NCBI GenBank assembly: GCA_000025185.1 | Contig: CP001848.1 | Coordinates: 3,540,001-3,572,000 of the forward strand | Length of the DNA: 32,000 nt | Source of the DNA: Pirellula staleyi DSM 6068 | Lineage (GTDB): Bacteria > Planctomycetota > Planctomycetia > Pirellulales > Pirellulaceae | Direction: 5' to 3' | Shown: piece by piece, positions 20,584-28,207 of the stretch | Layout of the letters: each line of letters starts with the position of its first letter | Numbering within the stretch: position 1 is the first letter of the stretch | The notes under the pieces: generated by a model | What the model was told of the DNA's origin: nothing | Seen by the model: only the letters and a program-made list of their open reading frames with translations | Database searches by the model: none | Translations under genes and position numbers: made by a program

Positions 20584-21140
20584 TCCGCAAGGGTGGTGGG
20601 CTACTACCTACAACCCCAGCAAAATGAAGCATTCGCGAGCAACTGGCAAGCGTAGCTTTGCCATTAGGTGCGACAATAAACGAGCAGAAGCAACACGCAG
20701 CAAATACCGATACTGACAGCAAACCCCATTCAAGAAACTATGGCCGTAAAATGTCCCCGCTATGCTCGACGGTCTCGGCACTTCCCTAGCGCCGGATTAT
20801 CGCCCCTAGGGCCTCGCATCACCGGATGCCGGGTTTCCCACTTTCCCGAAAACTCTAGCCTAGGTTCACGTTCGGTCTAGTGCTCGTCAGTCGCCACAAA
20901 ATGAACGTAGGGGGGCTGGGGTTGGGTGATTGCGGGCGTGGTGGTTTACTTGCTGAACTTGCCGCGGGATTCGCGGGCGAAACCGAGATCGGCCAAGGCG
21001 TCGAGAATTTCTTCGATCTGCTCGGCATTTCCGCGGGTGAATTGCATGGCAAGTAATCCGGGGTTAGGTTAGCCAACTTATCTAGGAATTTCAGATCCGT
21101 ATCGACCGTCCCACGTTACGCGCTTTTGGGAAATAACTTA

Positions 21141-22220
21141 ATGAGTCTTCGGCCGCAGCAAGACGTCCACAAAAGTCTAATATCGACCACAAGTCGGCTA
21201 GTTGGTGAGTACGAGACGGACTGTGCCTTGCTCTCTCATGCATGGCCTGACTTTAGGGATCGAAGCGCTTTTATTCGCAGGGAGGAAGGACCCGCTTCAC
21301 GAAGCGCCTTCATTTTTGCATTTCGAACCGTTGTGTCCGAGGAAAGAATGGGGCCAGTTCCCAACTACAACCCTGTCGGTGAAATGATCTGTTCGTACCT
21401 TGCAGTTCTTTACGGAAAGCGATTTGACTCTCACGGGCAAATAGAGGGAAGCGGTTACTTTCGACTCCCCGATCTAAGTGAGTTTGGGCATTTATGCCGA
21501 AGTGATCTATCGTTCAACTCCCATAAAGTGCGAGTCGACTACTCTGTGCCCCTCAATCTAGTAGAGTTCTCGCGTATTGAGCGACTACTAAAGGCTGGAG
21601 CAATTGACATAAAGTTTCTGCGGTCGTTTCAGACTATTTGCAAGTTCTACCTTCAATCGTTGCAAACAGCTGAGCATGATCCAGAAGTCGCATACCTTCA
21701 TTTGATTACTGCAATCGAGGTGCTTTCGAACTTCTTTGAGTTCGAGAAGGATGAGTTGCTTGACGACAGAACATTGAATGCGTTGAGTGAGATCGAAAGC
21801 GGATTGACCGACGGAAAGCAGATCGCTGCTTTGTTTCGCAGTAGGATGTTGCAAGTTAAACGTCGTTTTTTGAAGTCTGTTCTTCGGCTAGTCGACGACG
21901 ACTTCTTTACGCGATCAGAGGCAACTGAGCCACTATTTGCTCTGAAGCTTGACAGTTTTGAATCATGTATGGGCGCTGCCTACGACCTTCGAAGCAGATA
22001 CGTGCATACAGGAGTACCGTTCGGGTCCTGGGTTTCGAGAGGAATTGGCGGGCCAAATACAGAAGTGCAAGTTGGTGCGCCTGTTGTCGACGAAGATCGA
22101 GAACTTGGGAAGCTTATTGGGAGGGCCCCAACGTTTGCGGGATTGGAACGTGTAACGCGATATGTGATTCTCAGATTGGCAGAATCACAGGGTGTATACG
22201 TGGCACCGCCTTCGACTTGA
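21141..22220 (+). CDS. Island cargo protein with C-terminal HEPN-like domain (R-x4-H motif); putative RNase/abortive-infection-type effector
   Basis: Start at the ATG at 21141 (the track start at 21126 is TTG). The motif AAYDLRSRYVHTG places R-x4-H at nt 21990-22007. It is preceded by the helix AYLHLITAIEVLSNFF. My spot GC counts of 60-nt lines are about 45-50% here versus about 63% in katG. It is the only plus-strand gene in the element. Confidence 0.6.
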   Translation: MSLRPQQDVHKSLISTTSRLVGEYETDCALLSHAWPDFRDRSAFIRREEGPASRSAFIFAFRTVVSEERMGPVPNYNPVGEMICSYLAVLYGKRFDSHGQIEGSGYFRLPDLSEFGHLCRSDLSFNSHKVRVDYSVPLNLVEFSRIERLLKAGAIDIKFLRSFQTICKFYLQSLQTAEHDPEVAYLHLITAIEVLSNFFEFEKDELLDDRTLNALSEIESGLTDGKQIAALFRSRMLQVKRRFLKSVLRLVDDDFFTRSEATEPLFALKLDSFESCMGAAYDLRSRYVHTGVPFGSWVSRGIGGPNTEVQVGAPVVDEDRELGKLIGRAPTFAGLERVTRYVILRLAESQGVYVAPPST

Positions 22221-22248
22221 AATAGCCAGTCAAACTGTGATTTAGCAA

Positions 22249-22503
22249 TCAACCAAACAACAGGAAGTGTGCAATGAACTCACTTAGCTGGGTGAGGAAC
22301 AGAGCATAGTTAGCACGCTCGGCCGCTGCCGACGATTGCCAATCGGCGATGAACTTCTCGAGGTCAACGGCGGGGCTGGTGGGCTGATTCACGGGAGAGT
22401 CGATACCGATGGTTGCTTGCGAGCTAGAAAGGGGGCTCGCTGTTATACCATCCATCGGAAGGGGGCGACTAGGAATCGCGATTAGCTCGCCTACCCACGG
22501 CAT
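22249..22503 (-). pseudogene. Truncated N-terminal fragment of an MmeI/PglX-like (type IIL/IIG) DNA methyltransferase
   Basis: VDLEKFIADWQSSAAAERANYALFLTQLSEFI matches the conserved N-terminal F-I-x-x-W...ERANYQLFL-x-x-L motif that I recall from MmeI-family/BREX PglX enzymes. The ORF stops after about 84 aa, 29 nt from the end of the HEPN-like gene. Confidence 0.5.
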
Positions 22504-22849
22504 CGGGTCCTATGGCTGAACCTTTGCAGCTGGGGATATCCGGAACTAGCGACGGTGCCAAGTTCCTTAGATGGATCGGGCAGAGCAAAAACAGTTCAGT
22601 GTCCTGCTAGTTCGTCACTGCGTCGCATGCGTTGGAAGCGGGAAAGAACCTAAGCCCTGGGGCCTAGGCCGATGGTCGTGAAGCTTTGACCATGGCCAGA
22701 ATGCCCGCGCGGAGAGGCTCGGGGAGTGTGGGCCAAGCTTCGAGCAGGGCTCGCAAACGGGGATCGGCGGAAACTGCTTCGGATTCTGCTTCGCCTTGCT
22801 TTTCAGAATGACGTAAGTTGTTTGTGTGACAATGCTTTACGTCGATCGC

Positions 22850-22879
22850 TTCGAATCCCTCCCCATCCGCTGGGTATGT
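22850..22879 (+). repeat. attR core: partial tRNA-Ser 3' end copy
   Basis: ttcgaatccctccccatccgctgggtatgt is identical to 15318-15347. The upstream sequence (gtcgatcgc) does not match the tRNA body, so this is not a second tRNA. Confidence 0.85.
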
Positions 22880-23006
22880 TGCGCCGAGAATCGCAGGGTC
22901 TCGTTTTCCCTAGGAATATCCCACTTTTCATTTTTGCGGTGCGCGAAAAGATTGATGCGCGGGTGCTAGTGTACACGGTAGTGTACTGCTTCGGATTCTG
23001 CTTCGC
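22880..23006 (-). pseudogene. Remnant of an integrase 3' tail (homologous to 15348-15460)
   Basis: About 127 nt aligns with the integrase-tail region right of attL, with scattered substitutions and one ~14-nt indel. The minus-strand translation keeps AKQNPKQYTTVYTST. Homology ends at about 23006. Confidence 0.6.
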
Positions 23007-23467
23007 TCCATCTAGCATCGATTGGGGATCGGCTTGAGCCGTGGCGAAGAACCTGCCCCCATTGGCAGATTTTGTTCGCGCAGAGACCTCTCACGAATTC
23101 GAGATATCGTCGAAAGCCTCGGGGCCTACTAGCAAGGCTTTTTAACGATTCGCTTGATGCGGGTTCTGACCGATTCCGCGGGACTGTGCCACTGCAGCAC
23201 AGCAGGGTGTGCGGAACTGATTCGCTCAAGAAGAATTGCACGCCCATGGCTCCCTGCGGTTGCTGGGCCGAGGTGCGTTTTTCTAAGCATTTTTCTTAGC
23301 ATACTTCCCCGGACCGACGCCTGATTCTTCGCTCCATTGGAGCCAACAACGTCGTAATGCGAGGAGTGGCTCAGCACCACAATTCAGCATGGCACAGTTA
23401 TTGCGACACTAGAGCCTTGGGTTCATCACTGGGGAGTGTTTCGCTCTGCGAAAGGTGCGGTGTGGCC

Positions 23468-24601
23468 ATGCGTAACCTCATGCTTTGGTTCGTGTTTCCT
23501 GCGGCTCTTTTAGGAGCCACTTACGCGCATGCTGACAATCAACAATCGTTTGATCAGCTTGGAAAAGAACTCGGTGAAATTGCTGCCAAAGCGTCGGCCG
23601 AAGCCGATCCGAAACTGCGTTCCCAGCTACAACAGCAGGCCATCGCAAAGCAGCAAGAGCTAACGCAGTTTCTTGCAAAGCTTGACGTTGATTCGCGATC
23701 AAAACTGCGAGTCCATAATGACCCGCTGGCCATCTTAAAAGAAAGACTTGAGCAAGGGCGTGCGCTCTACGCCAAGAATGAAGATGCCGCTGCCCTGGCC
23801 ATAAAATTCTGTCAGGAGGCAACTGCAGAAACGGACCCTCTCTTAAGGGAGGGAAAACTGCAGAAAGCCGAGCAGCAAATCCGCAAGTTAGGTGTGCGAC
23901 TAACGAGCATTCCTGACTATGCCATCATTGCCACCGACGTGGAGCTCTCTAGTGACTTGCTGGAAACCTTCACCAGCATCGCCAAGAATATTCGTCTTCG
24001 CGTTTACAGCAACACCATTCTCGAGAACCTGGAAGCACAGCTGATCGCTTTTCGTGAAAAGTTGAGTGCGGCACAAGACGAGAACCTTGTCTGGATAACC
24101 ACACAACATCAAGAGTTTGGAGATACCCTCGCGACCGCGGGACTTCTACCTCAAGGGACATTTGAGGGCATGATAACGGTCAGCAGTGCCCAACTGGTGA
24201 TGGTCGGTAATGAGAAAGAAAACGTAAAGTTCACAGAAGGGGCATTCACGGGGCGAATCAAACTGGTGCTGAAGGGAACTGTCGCTACGGGAGTTGTTTC
24301 TTTTGGGGAGGAGGAAGGTAGGTCGGTAGCAAGGCTGAATGGCACTATGAACGCAGCTTCTGGCAAGATCATGTTTCACCTTAACGCCCCAACTTTAGGG
24401 GCGATGCCTGGGGTGGTTGTTACACAGTTTCGTGGATTGGGTGATGGCACATCGGTGATGGCTAGCCGCATTGTTGGTAATTTGAGTTTAGATGTCAGCC
24501 TAACAGGTACTTGGGAAGAAGATGGTGAAACAAAGACTTCAGAGTTTCGTTTCACGGCTGTCGGCAAGTGGGAAGCAGATCAGCCTTTGGCTGTGAAATA
24601 A
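23468..24601 (+). CDS. Secreted hypothetical protein (helical N-terminal half, beta-rich C-terminal half)
   Basis: An internal ATG at 23468 gives MRNLMLWFVFPAALLGATYAHA (signal peptide). GC is patchy and lower than surroundings. I recognise no family. Confidence 0.65.
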   Translation: MRNLMLWFVFPAALLGATYAHADNQQSFDQLGKELGEIAAKASAEADPKLRSQLQQQAIAKQQELTQFLAKLDVDSRSKLRVHNDPLAILKERLEQGRALYAKNEDAAALAIKFCQEATAETDPLLREGKLQKAEQQIRKLGVRLTSIPDYAIIATDVELSSDLLETFTSIAKNIRLRVYSNTILENLEAQLIAFREKLSAAQDENLVWITTQHQEFGDTLATAGLLPQGTFEGMITVSSAQLVMVGNEKENVKFTEGAFTGRIKLVLKGTVATGVVSFGEEEGRSVARLNGTMNAASGKIMFHLNAPTLGAMPGVVVTQFRGLGDGTSVMASRIVGNLSLDVSLTGTWEEDGETKTSEFRFTAVGKWEADQPLAVK

Positions 24602-24659
24602 TTTGTATCTCCGATTACGGTGTCGCCACTCATCGGCCATTTTTAGGGAGTAACTACCT

Positions 24660-25127
24660 ATGAGACATTTCATTCCTTATGTCATCACATTAATGGTAAT
24701 GGGGGGCGTAGTAACCTCTAGCTTACGCGCAGAGGCACCACCGCAAGGGCAGCCCAAACTTGGGTTTACAGGAACGATTGTCGATATGCCCAAGGACTTT
24801 GAGATTCCAGCGCCCGAAGGGCTGCCGAATCGGGGCATACGGGTCGATCGTGTTAATGCCAGCGGACCAGCGGCAAAAATGGGGCTCGAGCGAGGCGACA
24901 TCATTGTTGCCATCGACATTTGGCGATTCACAACACTCGAAGGTTATCTTCAAGCTTTGCGATGCGCCGAGCAGCGTCCATCGATCTACATTCGGAACGT
25001 GAGAAATGGAAAGCTTATTCGCCGTACCATCGATTTGCCACATCAAGTCAACGAGGAAGAATGTATGGCTAAATCTCCCCACACCTATTGGATTGCCATC
25101 GATCTCGAAGAGGATATGCGTGAGTAG
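24660..25127 (+). CDS. Secreted PDZ-domain protein
   Basis: Signal/TM segment MRHFIPYVITLMVMGGVVTSSLRA. The PDZ core is GIRVDRVNASGPAAKMGLERGDIIVAIDIWRFTTLEGYLQAL. An agggag sequence lies about 10 nt upstream of the ATG. Confidence 0.75.
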   Translation: MRHFIPYVITLMVMGGVVTSSLRAEAPPQGQPKLGFTGTIVDMPKDFEIPAPEGLPNRGIRVDRVNASGPAAKMGLERGDIIVAIDIWRFTTLEGYLQALRCAEQRPSIYIRNVRNGKLIRRTIDLPHQVNEEECMAKSPHTYWIAIDLEEDMRE

Positions 25128-25409
25128 AACCCATAGCCAAGCCTTCTGAGACAGATGAGTGCGCAGGCGAGCTGGAGGAAGGCTTGGTAGAGGTGATGAT
25201 GATATTCGCGGTGCTTGCTGGAGCGTGCTGTAGGCGAGCGTGACTTCAGCAGGCGACGCGCTCGAGGCGGAACAAGCCCAAGGAATTCCTTGGGCATCTG
25301 CCTCGACCATTCACATCGCTGCTTTTGCCGAGCATCGGTGACCGGTTCCCATGAACTTCGTTAGCGTTTTGGCAACGAGCTAATTGAGGAACAGGGGGGT
25401 GATGGGTTC

Positions 25410-27218
25410 TTATGGGGTTGGCTTACCGAGCGTTTTGAGACGCTCGATGATTTCGAGCGCGCGTTTGGCCTCTTCGGTGCGGCGGTATTCGAGACGGGCT
25501 TTTCCGTCTTCTTGCCACTCTTTGGAAAATTCCCTGGTAAGGCCTTTGTCGGTTAGATCCTCGCTTTCAGGAAGATCCCAGGAATCCGTGCGGAATTCGG
25601 GAATCGGCATTTCCGGTAAACCTGCTACCTTGAGATTGCCCATTGGAGAGTGCCCCCAAGCATATCGAACGTGAACCGGCTGAGGCACCAGCGGGCTCCA
25701 GACATGGACGGTCTTGGCTGCTTCCCAGATATCGCCTTTGGTCGAGCGGCGGGCGTAGGCTTTGTAGTATTTGCCATCCTCCCCCGCGAGGGCAAAGCCT
25801 TCGAGGATGTTTCCCCAGTCGACACGTTGCACCCGTTTGTCAAAAGTGAGGATCATCTCGTCCCCTTCCGTTTTGACCGAAAGCAATTTCGCCTCCTCCC
25901 ATTGCGCCTTCTGGTCGTAAAACTTGTTCAGAGCCCAACGCGCTGCACGTTGGCCGAGTTCGACCTTCTTGGGAGGATGGAGTCCGGGCGACTGCACATC
26001 GTAGGCGGGGATGTATCCGTTGGTGAGCGGATCCTTGAGATCTTCCACACCTAGACGCTGGGCCTCGCGGATAAACGGAGGGCCTGGAGGTTGGAGTTCG
26101 AAATCTTCCTCGCTCTGGGGATTGCCGCCGGCGCAGAAACCAATCACGCCATAGGCGATCGTTGGGTCTTGGAAATCCTCACGCACCCCTTCGATCAGGG
26201 CTTTGGTCATCCAACGGTAGAATTTCGGACGGCAGTTGCCGGTCATCGCGTTGTTGTAGCCGTGGTGGAGCAGCACGCCCTTGATGTTGTAGCCTTTGAA
26301 AACGCCGAACATGCCGTTGTAAACGCTGCCGGGGTGGCTGGGGCTTTTGCCGGGAATGTTCCAGGAGCGAACATTGTCTCCATTTTCCGGTTTTTTTGGC
26401 CACTTGTCTTCCGGCAGCTTTTTGTCCTGGGCTTGTTTCAGCTCTTTTTCATATTGCGCCATGGAAACGGCTTGGAGGTCGAAGGTGGCACGCTGGGCAT
26501 TGATGTTCTCGACCAGCGCCTTGCCCGAAGGGATTTCCTGAAACTTGTGGGGAGGCACCAAAGCCTCCATCGAGGCACCACCGCGAGAGTTCTTGATCAG
26601 GCCGATCGGGATTCCCAGAGAAAGCTGAACCTGCTTGCCGAACACGAAGCCGATGGCGGAGAATTCGAGCGCGGTTTCCGGGGTGGAAGTCACCCAGCCA
26701 CCGGTGTCGATGGTTTCGCGGCGGATGTCCTCCTGCGGATCGGCCTGCTCGTTGGTGGTGATGGAAAACAGGCGCAGGTTAGGCAGATTCGCCTGCGCGG
26801 ATTCCGTGTCCTTGTTCAATACGTTCTTGAGCGGAAACGCCATGTTGCTCTGACCATACATAACCCACACATCGCCGACGACGATGTTGGTCATTTCCAC
26901 TTTCTCGCCACCGGCGGTGACAGTCAGGTTCTGTGGCTCCGCACTTGCATCGCGGGCGGGGAAGGTGACTTCCCAGCGGCCTTTTTCGGCCGCAGCCTTG
27001 GCTTCGGCTTTGTCCTGGCCGAGCTGCACCGAGACACTTTCACCGGGGTTCGCCCACCCCCAGATGACGATAGGTTTGCCGCGCTGGAGCACCATGTTGC
27101 TGTCGAAGATGGCGTGGAGTCTGAGTTTGCCCGTTGGCGCGGCTTCTTGCGCGATGCCGGGTAAAGTAAGGCAGGCCATGGTGAGCAAAACAGCAAGGGA
27201 GAGGATGTTGGTTCGCAT
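25410..27218 (-). CDS. Sialate O-acetylesterase-family (SGNH-like) carbohydrate esterase, secreted
   Basis: 602 aa. Signal peptide MRTNILSLAVLLTMACLTLPGIA. VGDVWVMYGQSNMAFPL is the GQSNM catalytic-Ser motif typical of 9-O-acetylesterases. Confidence 0.85.
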   Translation of the reverse strand: MRTNILSLAVLLTMACLTLPGIAQEAAPTGKLRLHAIFDSNMVLQRGKPIVIWGWANPGESVSVQLGQDKAEAKAAAEKGRWEVTFPARDASAEPQNLTVTAGGEKVEMTNIVVGDVWVMYGQSNMAFPLKNVLNKDTESAQANLPNLRLFSITTNEQADPQEDIRRETIDTGGWVTSTPETALEFSAIGFVFGKQVQLSLGIPIGLIKNSRGGASMEALVPPHKFQEIPSGKALVENINAQRATFDLQAVSMAQYEKELKQAQDKKLPEDKWPKKPENGDNVRSWNIPGKSPSHPGSVYNGMFGVFKGYNIKGVLLHHGYNNAMTGNCRPKFYRWMTKALIEGVREDFQDPTIAYGVIGFCAGGNPQSEEDFELQPPGPPFIREAQRLGVEDLKDPLTNGYIPAYDVQSPGLHPPKKVELGQRAARWALNKFYDQKAQWEEAKLLSVKTEGDEMILTFDKRVQRVDWGNILEGFALAGEDGKYYKAYARRSTKGDIWEAAKTVHVWSPLVPQPVHVRYAWGHSPMGNLKVAGLPEMPIPEFRTDSWDLPESEDLTDKGLTREFSKEWQEDGKARLEYRRTEEAKRALEIIERLKTLGKPTP

Positions 27219-27776
27219 GGGATGGTGCTGGTCTCAAATGGCGGCGAAGGATGTGTTGGGGATTCGGGTATTAACGGCGGTTGAAAAAGGAGGCGCGGGG
27301 TGCCCGAATATGGTGACGCTTGGTTAGGAACGGGGCTCCGGTCGGGGTGTAGGTGGCGTGGTCGCGATCGGTTTTTACAGCCGCCGGAATGTGGGCAGCG
27401 TTCGGCGTCCTGGAGGCAGTAGCTTCATCAGTGTAATTGGATGATCAACGTATTTCAGTCCCTGCTGCGAGAGCCGGTTGCAAATCCCTAGTTTGCCAGC
27501 TAAGCCTGCTAGGAACGTGGAGCGTAGGAAGCAACGAAAGGAGTTTTGCGATGGGCTCACGATCCCGCGACATGGCGGGGTCCAGGATGGAACCCGAGCG
27601 GTTTGACTTCCGCCCCCAACTTGATGATGAGCTGTGGACGTGGATTGCTGATCTGTCGCCTCCCTCGTGGCGGAGTTGGAACAGCAGCGCGGGAAGGTGG
27701 CTGATAGTTCAGTCGGGGGTGGGCTGAGTGTAAAGATGCAAGCAGTGGCAGATCTATCGATTTTTTCTATCTATGA

Positions 27777-27794
27777 AATCGATAATTATCGATT
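27777..27794. promoter_or_regulatory. Perfect 18-bp palindrome AATCGATAATTATCGATT in an AT-rich patch; candidate operator
   Basis: Self-complementary over all 18 nt. A third ATCGAT lies at 27756-27761. It sits in a ~1 kb gene-poor region upstream of the ABC/HlyD/TolC operon. Confidence 0.3.
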
Positions 27795-28207
27795 TGCCTA
27801 AGGGTGGCCGGGGCGTAATAGTTCTAAGTTATAGTGAACTTATCTAAGCGCTCACATTTCCTTTTTAGGGCCCTCTAGTTGTGCGAAAACGCGCGGCTGG
27901 GTGATGCAGGCTCATCAGCTCTTCAAAGCCTCGATGTCAGCTGGGTGTGTCAAAATGGCGCGCTCGGCTTGTTTTGCTCGTCGAGTAGGGGAGTGAATGC
28001 GGCTAACTTTATGTGGCTGGTGGCTGGTTTTCTCGGAAGCTGCTCGAAAAGGTGCTCCCAAGGCGGGTTGAGCTTTAGTTTTGGGGGGGATGGGCCGAAT
28101 TTAACGAAGCGAACCTATTTTCTAACGCGTACGTAACACTCAGCGATGCCAGCAGTGCTAGCCGGTCGGATGGTGCGGACGCCCTAGAAAAAGCGAGGGA
28201 GAGACGA

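Larger units (their letters stand above)
15338..22879. mobile_element. tRNA-Ser-integrated ~7.5 kb element (integrase, HTH, primase-helicase, Xis/AlpA-like, orphan, HEPN-like cargo); satellite- or mobilisable-island-like
   Basis: Bounded by the intact tRNA (attL) and a partial tRNA 3' copy (attR). The integrase abuts the tRNA. No structural phage genes or conjugation genes are present. Confidence 0.8.

Noticed and set aside
20855-21076. 73-aa Pro/Ser-rich minus-strand ORF
   Set aside because: The composition is low-complexity and there are no motifs. A different frame contains the short 33-aa acidic ORF, reported separately at low interest.
22850-22869. Possible second tRNA gene at attR
   Set aside because: Only the T-arm 3' half and acceptor 3' strand are present. 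The upstream sequence does not fold into D or anticodon arms, so it is a partial duplication created by integration.
22726-23247. ORFs 22726-23037 (plus), 22803-23018 (minus) and 22966-23247 (minus) across attR
   Set aside because: They span the att repeat and the integrase-tail remnant. The resemblance to the integrase C-terminal tail (AKQNPKQYTTVYTST) shows they are relics, not functional genes.
24723-25310. 195-aa minus-strand ORF
   Set aside because: It is antisense to the PDZ-domain gene, which has a signal peptide, a PDZ core and an upstream AGGGAG. I see no motif in the antisense frame.
26091-27164. 357-aa plus-strand ORF
   Set aside because: It is antisense to the sialate O-acetylesterase gene (GQSNM motif, signal peptide). 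The composition is low-complexity and Arg/Gly/Val-rich.
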